Below the pieces are notes generated by a model, which had not been told where the DNA came from, searched no databases, and saw only the letters and a list, made by a program, of their open reading frames with translations. From Vicugna vicugna (taxonomy: Eukaryota), in contig MU058687.1 in assembly GCA_013265495.1 (NCBI GenBank), positions 620,001 through 684,000 of the forward strand: DNA of 64,000 nt. Reading direction: 5' to 3'. Shown piece by piece: positions 12,825 to 40,486 of the stretch. Each line of letters opens with the position of its first letter. Position 1 is the first letter of the stretch. Position numbers and translations under genes: made by a program.

Positions 12825-13660
12825 TGCCGTCTCCTCCATCTTGGGCACCTGGCTGGAATGTACTCAGAGGATTCCTTTCAGTCTCCAGACTTTTCCTGCC
12901 TGAAGCAGCTGGTGGCCTCTGTGCATCATCTCAATCCATTCAGCTTGGACCTGGAGTGCGGTGCCCAATTTCTCCAGAGCCAGCTCCAGTACCAGCTCCA
13001 GAGCTACATTCAACTTTGGTGCCAGCTCCAGAGTTAGAGCTGGCTCCAGCTCCAATGCCACCTCCAGAGCTAGAGTCAGCTCCAATGCCAGCTTCAAAAC
13101 CTGCACCAGCTCCAGTACCAGCCCTAGCATCAGTCCCAGTTCCAGAGCTAGAACCAACTCTGATACCTGCTCCAGCACCAGCTCTAGAGGTAGAGCTAGT
13201 GCCAGCTCCAGAGCAAGAGTTAGATCCTGCATTAGCTCTAGCACCTTCCCTCAAGTGAAAGACATATTGAGTGTCAGTTTCAGAGCTGGTGCATCTCTAG
13301 CACCAGAGCCAGAGTTAGAACCAGCTCTAGGACTAGAGCCAGCTCCAGAGCTAGGGCGAGTACAAGCCCTAGCTCTACCACAAGCTCCACAGCCAGAGCC
13401 AATGAGAGCACTATGGGCAAGTCCAGAGCTAGCGCCAGCTCCAGCCCCAGCTCTAACACCAGAGCTAGAGCTAGAGCCAGCTACAGGGCTACTGCTAGCT
13501 TCAGAGGTATAGTCAGTTCCTGGACCAGCGCTAACCCTGGGCTACATCCAGCTGTAGCTCCAGCTCCAGCACCAGTGCCAATTACAGACCTAGAGCTAGT
13601 GCCAGGTCCAGAGCTAGCTGCCAGCTCTAGCATCAGAGCCAGGTCTAGAATCAGCTCCTT
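12825..13660 (+). pseudogene. RALGDS-like pseudogene fragment (end of REM domain plus Pro/Glu-rich linker)
   Basis: Reads AVSSILGTWLE/(frameshift)YSEDSFQSPDFSCLKQLVASVHHLNPFSLDLECGAQFL, against recalled RALGDS AISSILGTWLDQYSEDFCQPPDFPCLKQLVAYVQLNMPGSDLERRAHLL; followed by PAPELELAPAP-type repeats; several frameshifts and stops. Confidence 0.88.
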
Positions 13661-13664
13661 TCCT

Positions 13665-16430
13665 TTAGGTATCTGAGCATATTTAAGACAGTCGGTTTAA
13701 AGCCTTTGTCTAGTAAGTCCAACGTACGGGCTTTCTCAGGATGGTTTCTGTCCATTTTTCCCCCATTGAATGGACCATAATCCTAGTACTTTGTCTTTTT
13801 TTTAATTGAAAACTGAACATTTGATTATTAAAATATGGTAACTCTGGAAATCAGTTTCTCCCCCTTCCCCAGAGTTTGCTATTTTTGATTACTGAAGACT
13901 GCAGTCATCTGTTTGATACCTTTCCCAAACTATTTTTGTAAAGACTGTCATCCTTGCTATGTGTGTTCGTTTGAAGTCTCTGTTCAATTAGTATTTTCAG
14001 AGAGATTTCCTTGAATACTAGGAACTAAAAACAAACACCTCATCTTTCCAGTCTTTCAACTGGCTCTATGCCAGGCACTCTGCTAACACTTAGCCAGCCA
14101 GTCTCTAACTCTGCCTTAGCCTTTACTTCCTGCTTGGACTGAGCTTAGAGACCTGACAAGAGGTGAAAGCTTAGGGTTTTCTCAGGTCTTTTCTAAACAT
14201 ACACCCTGTCCTGGCCATGTATGTAACTTTCTAAATTCCCTAGTACACAGGGTCACTTTAGAATACCCCAATTCCCCAGAGAAACTCCCCAGCATTTCTT
14301 ACCAGGCTTTAGGTGGTCTGTTGCAAGTCTTAACTATAATCTTTGCTTCAGGTGGCTATAGGTTTTTGTTCACTTTACAAAGTTTGTGAGAAATGCTTGC
14401 TACTTTCCTGCCCTGAGTGAGTTCTGAGTCAGACAAAACAATGAAGAGCACCCGTGTCAGTCTTTCTAGCCTCTGACAGATTAGAACAAACAATAATTTA
14501 TGCATAAGGTCTGTTCTGATTTCTCTGGAACCACTCTAGGAACATGTGCTGCCTTTGTAAAGACTGCCACCAAGCTAGGGAGGAGATGAGGTAAGGGCAA
14601 GAAAAATACCACACAGCTTTCCTACTATTTTGTTGCCTTGATGCAATGTTTCTTGGTTGCTGTAAATCTGTGACTGTTTTCCAGTTTGGATGAAGTTGGT
14701 TCTGACAGTTTCTGTTTGTCTTTCAATGTTTCTTGGGTGGGGTGGGTGTTTGGAGCTGCCTACTTCACTATTTTGCTCTAACTCCCTTGATAGTGTCCTT
14801 TAATGCAAAAAAGGTCTAATTTTGATGAAGTCCAACATATCTATTTTTCTTTTCTTGCTTGTGCTTTTGGCATCATATTTAAGAAACCATTGCCAAATTT
14901 AAGATCTGTCTTATGTTTTCTTCTAAGAGTTGTTTAGCTTCACTCTTAAATTTAGTTCTTCCACTCACTTTTGAGTTAATTTTTGTATCTGGTGTGTGAG
15001 GTAAGGGTCCATCTGCTGAAGAGACTATTTATCCCAATTGAATGGTCCTGGCACCACTGACAAAAATTATTTGACCATAGATATATGGGTTTATTTTTTG
15101 ACTCTCAATTCTATTGCATAGATCTTTATGCTAGTATTAAATTGTTTTGATTATTGAAACTTTGAAGTAAAATTTGAAATCTGGAAGTGAGAGTCCTTCA
15201 TCTTTGTTCTTCTTTTTCAAGATTTTGCCTATTTGTGATCCTTTGCAATTCCATACAAATTTTACAATTAGCTTCTCCATTCTTGCACACACACACACAC
15301 ACACACACGCCATTGGAATTGCATTTAATCTGTAGATCACTTTAGGAAATATTGCCATTTTGTCAACATTAAGTCTTCCAATCCATAAATATGGGATCTT
15401 TCCATTTATTTAGGTCTTCTTTAATTTCCTTCAGTAATGTTTTGTATTTTCAGAGTACAAGTCCTGCATTTCTTTGGTGCATTTTATTTTTTCTGATGTT
15501 ATTGTAAATAGAGTTATTTTCTTGATTCCTTTTCACTTTGTCCATTGCCATTGTATAGAAATACAACTCATTTTTGCATATGTATCCTGCAACTTTGTTG
15601 ACTTTGTTATATTTTGTTTCTTTTTTCTTTAGGATTTTCTAGATGTGATCACGTCACCTGCAAATAGTTTCACTTCTTCTTTTCCAATTTTGATGCTTTT
15701 TCTTTCTTTTTCTAGACTAACTGCTCTGGCCAGAACTTCCGGTACAATGTTGAATAAAAATGGTAAAAGTGGGCATCCTCATCTTGCTCCTGATTAGCAG
15801 GAAAGCTTTGTCTTTCACCACTGAGTATATTAGCTGTAGGGTTTTAATATGTCTTTTATCGCATTGAGGAAATGTCCTTTCCTTCTAGTCTTAGTTTATT
15901 GAGTGCTTTTATCATGAAAGGAGGTTGGATTTTGTCAAATGCTTTTTCTGCATCGAGATGATCATGTGGTTTCTCCCCTTCATTCTACAAAAGTATATTA
16001 CATTGAAGGATTTTCTTATGTTGAACTACCCTTGCATTCCTGGGCCAAATCTCACTTGATTATGATGTATAAACTTTTCAATATACTGCTAGATTCTGTT
16101 CATTAGTATTCTGCTGAGAATCTTTACATCTGTATTCATAAAGGCTATCTGCCTGCAGTTTTCTTGTAATGTCTTTATACGGCTTTGGGAGCAGGGTAAT
16201 GCTAACCTAATAGAATGAGTTAGGAAGTGCTCCTCTGCTTCTGTTTTCTGGAATATTTTGAGAAGGATTGATGTGAAATATTTTTTAAATGTTTGGTAGA
16301 ACTCACTAGTGAAGCCAATAATACTGAGATCATTGGCTGGGAGGTTTTTGATTACTGATTCAAACATTTGTTATAGATCTACTCAGATTTTGTTTCTCTT
16401 TTAAACAGTTTTGGTAGTTTGTGTGCTTCC
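13665..16430 (-). mobile_element. old LINE-1 fragments (5'/ORF1-region piece plus ORF2 RT region)
   Basis: ORF2 peptides GFTSEFYQTFK...DVKILSRILMNRI and MAIFPKVIYRLNAIP...LPDFKFYFK; (CA)n at about 15286-15308. Confidence 0.88.
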
Positions 16431-19373
16431 AAGAATACATGAGGAACAAGGCTCTCAGCAAGACCAACCTGGTCCATCCCTGAAGGCGGAGAAGGTCAAT
16501 GGGCTTGAGGAGAGGGATGTGGATGCAGCCTGGCAGGCCCAGTATTTCGGACTTTAGTACAGTGAACAGCTAACCTGCATTTTTAAGGTCCTTCAGGCTG
16601 CTTTGCGAAGGATGTAGGGGATGGGAGAAGCACAGAGGGACCAGGGACGAGGCTGCCACAGTTGTCCAGGTGGGCTTGGTGGTGGCCTCAAAGGAGGGTA
16701 GGGGTGGACTTCAGATGTATTTTGGAAGCAGAACCCGTGAGATGTACTGGTAGATAGAATGGGGAATGGAGGTCCTGAGGGTCTCAGGTCTCTGGCCTGA
16801 ACTCAGGGTGGACAGTGGAAATGCCATTCCCTGAGATGGGCAAGGTGAATGCAGCAGGTGGGGGTGGACCAGGGGCTCAGGAGTTCTGCTTTGAACTTGA
16901 GATTCCTAAGTAAGTCATTTCAGGTCCTGAGGCTCAGACTCAACCTTGGGTAAAAAAGAAAGGAAGCATCTTCTTCACAGGATTCTTTGAAAAATGTGGC
17001 AGGAGATTGGCTTCCCTTAAGCATGAAGCTCTGCACAAGCCACAAATCTCTTCCTCAGTTTGACTCTGGGACTTGCTCTCGTTCTCCTCTTCACCCACGT
17101 GGTCTGGCAGTTCTGGGCCTGGGGGCAGGGATGATTTCATGCTAGGTAAAGGTCTCTGCCCTGTCTTTGGACTTTCCCAAGGAAACCTCCCCCAGAGGTA
17201 TCTGACCCTCAGAACTCTTACCTACAGACAGGCAAATCTGCTGGCCCGCTGTCTAGCCTGACCCTGCCAAGGCTTGAGGCCAGTGCCCCCCAGCACATGT
17301 CCCCTGTTTGATGCCTGTCCACACTTCACCCTACCTCCTGGGAGGATGGTCACTGCTGCCTCCCAGTCCTGGGCTCCCTTTCAGCTGTCTTGTTCTCCAG
17401 ACACCGATTCTCCTGACAACTCCCTGTCTCCAGGGGTTCCTCCCTGACCCAGGATTTAGCCCAGGGCCACCCATCATCCTAACACCTAGATAAGATGTCA
17501 GGAGTTCTTGGCAACGAGACAATGTTTCTGGGAAGCCAGTCTTTACAGAGGGCAGCTGGCATTGCTCTTTCCTGGCTTCCTGGGAGACTGGTCCAGTTCT
17601 GTCCTGGATGTAGAACACAGCACAGCTCCCTGCAGACTGGGGCAGAACAGAGACTAGTTTGTTGCCTCCCACCCCCAAATGACTAGGGTGCTACAAGTAG
17701 ATATGGTAAGCTGATACTTGATGGAGATGACAAAAAAATGCTTTTCTGCCCTGTTCCACAGCCCCAGGACCCCTCAGAAGAGTGATGAGGTGGACATAAA
17801 GAAAGCATTTCTATGTATCATCTATGTGGGTCTGTGTAGATCCCTGGGTGGCAGAATGAGACTTAAGTTTAGGAACTTATTTGCCTGGCTGATTTAAAAA
17901 TATTTAAAATAAACATTGTTGTCCTTATCATATACTAAGGACACACAACCTGACTTTTCCTCACGCAGGTTTGTATCCATTCACTTGAAACTCTCAGTAG
18001 CCTTCATCTCTGAGATGAGTGATGGATAAGGGTATACCTTCCCTCTAAGAACAGCTTTCTTTTGGCAGAGTTTCTGCAAGGAAGAACGCTGAGTATTTGA
18101 GTACTAAGAAGAGAAACAGCACTGGGAACAAGTTCAAGGCAAAGGAAATAGCAAATGCAAAGACCCTGAGTTAGGAACTAACTTGGTCTCTAAATTAATT
18201 GTCAGCAGATGCAATTGTGAAAAAGGTTTCGGAGATGAAGGAGCTTGTAAGGATGAAGCAAATCAGTGAGGCAATGCAGTCACCAAAAAGGCTCAGGGGA
18301 GCTTCAGCTATATTGACAAAAGGACAGAAATTAAACCAGAGAGGGAGTCCTTCCACACCCGAATCCCACAATTTAAAACACCCCCAAGGAGTGGGAGTCA
18401 GGGGGATCCTCAGGAAGACAGGTGTCCCCTTAGCCTAAGGAAGAGCTTTCTTCAGTTAGAGAGGTCTGAGGATGGGCGGTCCTGACGGCTAGAGGTGTCT
18501 GAACAGAGGCCAGAAGACCTCTTGGCAGGATATGGTTGGGAGATTCAAGTATGGGAAGGTTTCTGAAGCAGATGACAACCTTGACAGTCTGTTTAAGCCC
18601 CATGAGAAGGGCTGCCACGGGCCTTCCAAATGCTGACATCCTGTAGGTCCCTAGGGAGGCTCTTCCGGGGACTGCACATGCCATTCAACCTAGTTGGGTG
18701 CCCACTAGAGTTCTCTCAGCTCGGCACCTGGACATGCCGCTTTAGCACCCCTACTCAGCAGAGCTAGGAACAGGCTCGAGGCCTCCATGCCAGCCAAGCC
18801 GTGGAGGGAGGGGGAAGACTTCAGTTACCCAGGGACTCCCACCCCACATCTGTGATCATTTTCAGTGGTACCAACAGGCATTAAATAACCTTGTCTTATA
18901 GAGAAAATCATTTCCTTTCTGGTTCCCATTCCAGCTCTCCAAATCTATTACGGAGAAGATTCTCGGTTGGGTGCTAGCACGTCTAACTCCTCTATAACAT
19001 CCCGTAACAGGAGAGCAAGCCTCAGGCTCAGTCTTTGCAGGCAAGGTATCAATCGCGCTGCCGCTTCATAACGCTGTTAATATTCTTTTGTGCAGCTGCT
19101 TTCTACTTATATTAAGTGTAAACTTTCCTTTAAAAATGCATTTAAAGTAAAGAAATGAATTAACTTAAAAATATTAAGTAACTAACAGTACAAGTACAGG
19201 GATCTGGCAAAAATCACAAAGGTGATGCCTGACAATTGAACTTTAGGGAACATTGTTCTGGATTAAGGGCTCCGGGCTCTATAACTTTCCATCTAATGCT
19301 TTTGTGTTTCTGGGGTTTTGTCTGTTGAACTTGCTTTTCCCTAATATAGATTATTAAAAAAAATTCAACTTAT

Positions 19374-19379
19374 TTTATT
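19374..19379 (-). terminator. candidate ABCD4 polyadenylation signal AATAAA
   Basis: First canonical AATAAA I see on the minus strand after the stop (about 700 nt downstream), in AT-rich sequence. Confidence 0.5.
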
Positions 19380-20075
19380 TAGCTGACTGATGAGAAAGGG
19401 AATTATTTTCATTTGGGCTAATAAAGAAAAACAGAAGGGCCCTCGAGGTCAATGGCTCAGGGACAACTGGCAATTGTGGAGTGGGGAGATGCAAGTGAAG
19501 TGAAGAACCCTGGGCAGAAGGTTCCAGCACAGTGGAAAGTGCTGCTCCCTCCCCTCAGACTCTCAAGTATAAGTCAGAGAGCCAATTAAAAAGATCACCT
19601 TATGATGGAGAAGAAAGAGAAAGAGGGAAAGTTTCAAGTTTTTTAAAAAAAAGTTTATCTTTTCTTTTTCAAAAAGTTACAAAATTTAAACAATTAATTG
19701 ATTAAAGTTAAAAACCTATGGTTGCAAAACAGAACTGATCTAAAAGATTTCTGGGTCTCTTGACTCCAAGTCCAATACTCTCTCCATTTTGACCCTTCAT
19801 TTCTTGTAGATCCCATACTTTCAGGTTTTTCTTTAGTGTAATCAGCACTTCAAGTGTACAAAGCTCTGGCTGAAGCAGCAGGAGGAGCCCTGGCGGGACT
19901 GTGTCCCACGAAGGCTGTATGTGGGCTGAGCCCACTGCTGCCAGAGCTCCCCACACAGGACCCGTGATGCAAACCTGGGCCTCATTCCTCACCCCATCAG
20001 CCCTCCTGGTCTCTCCTGGAGACTCGACCTCCAAGAGCTTGGCTCTCCTTCTGGTGGCCAGCCACATCCTTGGCT

Positions 20076-33946
<13,871 letters not shown>

Positions 33947-34986
33947 GACCCGGGACATCCGACAGACGCGGGAGCCCAGCAGCCCGGGGTCCGCTCCGGG
34001 TAGAGTCCGAAGGGCGCGCAGCCAGCCGAAGAGGGGCGGAGCCCCGGCCGCCGGCTACCACAGAGACAGAAGGATAGAGAGGAAGGCCCCGGGCGACGCA
34101 GCCGCTCCCAGAAGCCACCGACTTCTCTGAAAAATCAAGAGTGCAGAGTCTGTCGACCCGGCACCTAGAGCGCCCCCTTCTGGGTCTGGGAGGTTTCACC
34201 TTTGATGAGACGTAGCTGAGAATGTGACCGCTGTATTTCATGACAAGTGTTTTAAACTCTCAATATCCATGTTTCACACGTTCTCCCAAGGAAGCCAGAG
34301 TGATCTTTTAACAACATAAATCAGGCTTCCGACTGCAGTTAGAATAAAATCCAAACGTTTCCATGGCACGAATGACCCGGCCCTCTTCATTGGGTCTTCA
34401 TTGGCCACTTTATTTTGGGCTCAGGGTCTTTGCCTGGATCGCTCTTCTCCCTAACTTAGAGATTTCCATGGCTGACTCACTCTCATCATTAGATCAAATG
34501 TCAGCTGCTCATCCTACCTAGAATATGCCGTCCTTGCCCCATCATTCACTATTGCTTTACACCTTTATTTTCCTCATAATATTTATCACTGTCTGAAATA
34601 ATCTTGTTTCTTTGCTTATTGTATGTCTTCCTCTATAAGAATAAATTTCATTGAGCAGGACTATGTCTTGCTCATCGCTGTGTTCTCAGTATCTCAAACA
34701 TTGCTAGTACGTAGTAAGTGCTTACTAAATATTTGTTAAATGAATGAAATGCCTATCATCTGGCTGATTACAAGCAGCATGATCTCACAGCACGATTCTC
34801 TAAGTTTGAATCTGGATGTACCTTCCCACCTTCTTTCAATCCTTGTTAAGTGTCGACTATGTTCTAAACGTGCAACAAGATACATAGATCACCTGTCTTC
34901 ATGGAGTTGACAGTCTAGCTGGGAAGGCCAACCAGTTGACAATTACAGTTGTCTTTATGAAGTGCTATGATAAAGGTACCATAAAG

Positions 34987-35215
34987 CAGGGTTTCTCAAC
35001 CTTGGCACTGTTAACTTTTGGGGCCTGATAATTATTTCTTGGGGGAATGGACAGACTGTCCTGTGTATTGCAGGATGCTGAGCAGTATCCCTGGCTGCTA
35101 CCCACTAGATTCCTACAGCACTACCCCAGACCCTGTTGTGCCAACCAGAAATGTCTCCAGACATTGCCAGATGTCCCTTGTGGGGTTGGGCTGGGGAGGA
35201 GCAAAATTCCAGCCT
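34987..35215 (-). mobile_element. MER20-like hAT DNA transposon
   Basis: cagggtttctcaaccttggcact...aaatgtctccagacattgccagatgtcc. Confidence 0.85.
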
Positions 35216-35990
35216 TGCCCTACCCCCACCCTCACCCATCACCAAAAACCAATGTCCCAGAGCCACAGAGAGGGCCATCCAACTCAGAATGGGGAAAAAA
35301 GGAGTCCAGATTTTGTGGAAGAGGAGATAATGGAGTGATTCTTAAACATGGCAAGAGTTTAACTTATTCCCAGGTATGATTTCTTAAGTATGTCTTTGTT
35401 ATTTTGAAAATCAAACAAATAAATACGTCAGGATACAATTTCTGAAAAATTAATATGGCAACCAAGTATCCAGGCAAGCAACCTCAGCTTGCTAGGGCAA
35501 TCCAGGTTCACAGCTCTTTTACTCTCGCAGCTCTTTTACTCTCAAAAGTGTCCTACTTTGGTGTTTGGTGACATTACTTTTCAGGGCCCCTTAACACTGT
35601 ATATTACTTTAAACTTTAAAAAGTATCACTCTAATATTAAACTGGACTTGAAGTATATTTCAGCTGTGAAAATATAGATGCAAATATCTGTACAGGAAAA
35701 ACTATAATGAAATATAACAAAATGCTGTATATATCATATCATTCATCAATACTTCAGTTTATATTTCTAAATTATCTTTTAGTTAATTTCCAATACTTCA
35801 ATCCTGAAGTGGGGATTATGCGAAACCTAATGAAACACTTAATATTTTAAAAAAAATTTCTTAGTATCAAATATCCTGTGTTTAAATTTCCAGTTGTAAC
35901 TGTGATATTTACTTTTTTTTTTACAGTTTTTTAAAAAAATCAGGATCCAAATAAGATCCATGCATTGTAGTCAATTGATACGTATTTTGA

Positions 35991-36254
35991 AATCTTATGG
36001 TTACCAGGAAAAGGGAGTGGGAAGGGATAAATTTGGGAGTTTGAGATTTACAAATGTTAGCCACTATGTGTAAAAACAGATTTTAAAAAAAGCTTTTTCT
36101 GTATAGCACAGGGAACTATGTTCAATATCTTGTAATAACCTTTAATGAAAAAGAATTTGAAAATGAATACATGTATGTATATTTGTGACTGGGACATTGT
36201 GCTGTACACCAGAAATTGACACATTGTAACTGACTATACTTCAATTAAAAAAAA
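35991..36254 (+). mobile_element. L1 3' end with polyA and TSD
   Basis: L1 3' UTR similar to 5130-5383; TSD ATAC(G/A)TATTTTGA on both sides. Confidence 0.88.
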
Positions 36255-36997
36255 ATACATATTTTGAGACTCTTAATCTATAGGCTCATCCTCCATCACC
36301 TTAGACTAACTACTATAATCTCTCTCCTATCTTGCAAAAACCTCCTAACTGATTCCCCCACTTGAATTCTTGCTACTGTTCTAATCCGGTTCCTACACAA
36401 CAGTCAAGGGAGTCTGCAAAAATCAGATCAATGGCTTGCTTAAAACCCTTCAGTTATACGAAAGGCTCTGACTTCACCGACTACGTCAACCTTTGTGGGG
36501 GCTGGGAAGCAACTTTGTTCCCCTCTACTCTTTTATTTATTTCTACTTTTCCTTTTGTCTCCAGTATAATGTCCCTCCCCCTCAAATCCTCTCCTGACCA
36601 CCTTCTCTGAAGGACTCTATTAGTCCTTCCCAAAGCCCCCAATCTTTAATCCTTATGGCACTTATCAAAACTTGTTATTATATTTTCATTTTGTGTGTTT
36701 ACTTCATTAGTGCCTCTCCCTCCACAGCTCCAGAAGGGCAGGGACTAAATCCATTGTGTTCACCACTGCTGTGTCCCTGTTGTTCAGAAACACTTAGAAA
36801 GGGCACAATAAATATTTGTTGAACCTGCTTTACCACGATGGAGAGGTTGTGAAACAAAGCACAATTCTTTCCCATTCTGATACAATGCTATATGGATGTG
36901 CTGGCATTTGTTCATTTTTTGACTGGGAATTGCATCACAAGCCTCAACAGAACAAGGAGAAATGTTAAGAAAATAAAAATTCAACTTGATCTAAAAA

Positions 36998-37033
<36 letters not shown>

Positions 37034-39177
37034 CTCTCTCTGCCCATACTGTTTATTACTAGGACTGAATTCCCCCTTTCCAGCTACCAGACTTGGGGCT
37101 ACTTCCTTGCTCTCATACAAAGACAAAGGGAGAACAAATTGGTTAAAAAAAAAAAGGAAAGGAATTTAGTAATAACTATCAAGCTTTGATGACACAGTAG
37201 TTTCACTTCCAGGAATTCTCTTATAGCTTTATTTACCCAAGAGCACAGAGGATTAATCACGAGGATGTTTCTGCAGTGTGGTAGGTAACAGCAAAACCCT
37301 AGAAACAAACAACCAGAGTTCCTGTCAAAGGAGGAGTGGGTAAAAAAGTACGACACAATCACTTTATGGAATACACTTTGCAGCCTTACTAAGAATGAGG
37401 GAAGCTACATTGCTGTGGTGGTTCGGAGCATGGACCTCAGAGCCAGATTGCATGGGTTCAAATCCCTGCTCTACCACCTAGTACCTGTGTGACCTGGGGC
37501 AAGTTGCCTGTTTCCGTCTCTGTAAAGTGGAGTAATATCACTCCTACCTCAGAGAGCTGTGGGGAAGTATCTAAATAGCACCTGGCAATGATCAGAGCTA
37601 AATGCTGTATTACATAGTTAATAGTTGCCCATGCTGCATGGTTTTGTTCATTTTTAATTAATTAGTTTAACTGAAAATTTAAAAACACACATGCTCAAAA
37701 AATTGACAAAGGATGATAGGGCATATAATGGAAAATACTACTTCTGTTTCCCACTGCAGAGGCAACTATGGTTCACGGTTTCTTAGGAATCTTTACAGAA
37801 ATGTTGTATGTATATGCAAACGTATATGTGTGATTATTTTTCACACACATACACCCCTATTTTTTCCTTTTAAGCACTGTCTTGAAGCTTGCTTTTTAGA
37901 TTTTATAATATATCTTGGAAGTGCTTCCATGTCATACAGACCTACCTCATTTTTTCCCACTGCACAGTATATTCTACTGTATAGAAGAATCATTTATCCA
38001 AGTCCCTGTTGCTAGATATTTTAGTGGTTTAAAATCTCTTGCTATTACACTGAATGTTACAATGAATATCTTTGGATATAGCAAAAATGTGACTAAGTTT
38101 AAAAGAAGGCATAATCTATATTTTGTTTAGAAAAAAAGCATGTTTGTGTGCATGAGTATACACTCATTTAAAATGATTGGAATCTGTAGGAATTAGGAAT
38201 GCAAGAAATGGAGATAGCAAAAGACAATTTGAACAAAAGAGTCATGCTTGAAGTGGGTTGTTTTTTTCTTTTTTAAATGTGACCTGCACAGTACAATCTT
38301 CCCAGAGGTTGTCTCTCAATACAGAAGCAATCGCCTCATCTTCTGGTGTCCCAGCTCCTAGTTCACACCTCAGTAACAGGCAGAGTTGTTCCTTCCTGTC
38401 TCCCCTGCTAGCCTGCCTAGTCATCCTCACCTCCTGTAATACTCAGCCCAGTGCCTGGCACGTAGAAGGTGTTAATTAAACACTTCCGGAATGACTCAAG
38501 CTACTCCTCTGACCCTGGTTACCCTGTATATAAAATAAGAACGGTACAGTCGACCCACAGCTCACGCCATCATGAGAAATTACTGAACAATGTGAATGTT
38601 CTTGAAAAAAATGAAACGGTGTGATACTCAAGAATACTTAAGAATAACCGCTTAATCTGAAATTTATCCTTTGGGCTGCAGTGTAGCTGGTACAAAGGCC
38701 AGTGGCAGCTTCCCCATGAGACTAGCCTGTTAAATGTGTTTCCAGACGAAAGAAAGATGGAGCAGGAGGGATGAAGTTGGTAGCTGAGCAGAGCCCTGTT
38801 GTCAAGTCTTTTAGATCTGAAACATCTGGGCTTGTTCCCATTCTAGAAGTAAATCATTTTGGAAAGATTTGCTCCCTGAGCTGCATGTCTGTTAAAAAGT
38901 TGAAGCCTTCATATTAGAAATCACCCAAGGACTCTCTGAGTATAGGGTAATCTTAGAGGAGTGAGGAGCTGAGGCTGTTGAGAATGGTGATTCATTCGAC
39001 AGTCAATGAAAGTGTACTGAGCCCCTCTCTGTGTGTGCCTGGCATTGTTCTGGATGCTGGAGATACAGCAGTTTCAAAGCGAAGTCCCTGCCTTCAAGAT
39101 CTTAAGCAGATACATCTAATAAACCAAAAAATTATATTAAATTATGAGTCAAAGTGCTAAAAAAACTATAGAGGGTG

Positions 39178-39585
39178 TTGAGTCCTGTGGGACATTCACT
39201 CTGAGATGTTCAGCACCTTGATATTGACAGAGAAATGCTCTTGGATCACATCTGTGGAAGGGAGGGGCAGGAAGCAGGACTGGGCAGAGGGAGAAATCAA
39301 GCTGAGACGCAGGTCCAATGACAGCCTCAGCTGACTCCATGGGGAGCTCCAGAATGGGAATGGCCCATCTGAGTTGCCTCCTTTCTGCTTGGCCCCACTC
39401 CGTTCTTGGATGTGAGCTACCTAGGGAAGGTCGTGGCCTTGGGCAAGTCCCCTCTGTGGCTGTGGCAATCTTTGAAGGGACTGACAGCTGAAGGCCGTCT
39501 GCTGACTGCACTCCCAGCAGCTGGGGCGACAAGTCTTTCCTTCAGGAAGGAGCTCTGGGCTGCACATCTCCATGCCTGTCACACA
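39178..39585 (-). mobile_element. ERVL LTR16-like solo LTR
   Basis: Resembles recalled LTR16 consensus; 5-bp TSD GGGTG at 39173-39177 and 39586-39590. Confidence 0.75.
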
Positions 39586-40069
39586 GGGTGTAGGGGGAGA
39601 GAGGGATCGGGGCGGCAGTGCTCCTTGAGATAGAGTGGTCAAGCAAGGCCTCTCTGAGCAGCAACCCTGAGTGAAGTGAGGAAAGATCATTCTAAACGAA
39701 GGGAACAGCAAATGCAGATGCCCTGAGGAGGGAAGGCTCTTGACATATTCAAGGAACAGCGAAGAATTCAGCAGCCTGGAGTGCAATGAGCAAGGGGAGA
39801 GTGGCTGGAAATGAGGGCCAGATCATGTGGAGTCTCACAAACCATCATAAGGACTTTGGATTTTATGTTCGGTGTTATAATAAGCCACTGGAAGGTTGAA
39901 AACAGAAGAGTGACAAGATTTGGTTTATTATTTAAAAGGATCACTCTGCTTGCTGTCGCATGGAGAAGGGGGCGCTGGAATGGATGGAGGGAAACCAGTT
40001 AGGAGGCAAGTCTGGTATTTCAGGTAAGAGGTAATACTTGTTGAGATTACGGAGTGAAAGCTGCAGAAG

Positions 40070-40486
40070 AAGAGTTTTTCAACCAGGGTGATTTTGCCCC
40101 ACCATCTCCACCCCCCACCACCCAGGCCAGGGCCATTTGGCAATATTTGGAGACATTTTTGGTTGTCACAACCAAGAGATGCTACTGGCACCTACTGGGG
40201 GCAGGAGGGTATAGCTCAAGTGGTAGAGCACATGCTTAGCATGCATAAAGTTCAACCTCCAGTACCTCCAGTTTAAAAATAATTAAATAAATAAACCTAA
40301 CTACCTCCAAGGCCCTCTCACCCCCACCCCCAAAAAAAACCCCGACAAAAAACAACAAACTACTGGCATCTACTGGGTAGAGGCCAGGGATGTTAGTAAG
40401 CATTCTATAATAATGCACAGGACAGCTCCTCCAACAAAGAATTACCTGCTCCAAAACATCCAAAGTGCCAAAGCTGAGAAATCTTG
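40070..40486 (+). mobile_element. MER20-like element split by a SINE
   Basis: ttcaaccagggtgattttgcccc...ctgagaaatcttg. Confidence 0.82.
40200..40359 (+). mobile_element. Vic-1-like SINE
   Basis: tRNA-like head; TSD CTACTGGCA(C/T)CTACTGGG at 40182-40199 and 40360-40377. Confidence 0.9.

Noticed and set aside
12864..13254. Minus-strand Gly/Ala and Leu/Glu repeat ORFs as genes
   Set aside because: They are antisense shadows of the Pro/Glu repeat of the RALGDS-like pseudogene
16960..17700. Possible continuation of the RALGDS-like gene (CDC25 domain exons) beyond the L1
   Set aside because: I could not find ELFKKV, QFN or NFSS-type motifs in the frames I read
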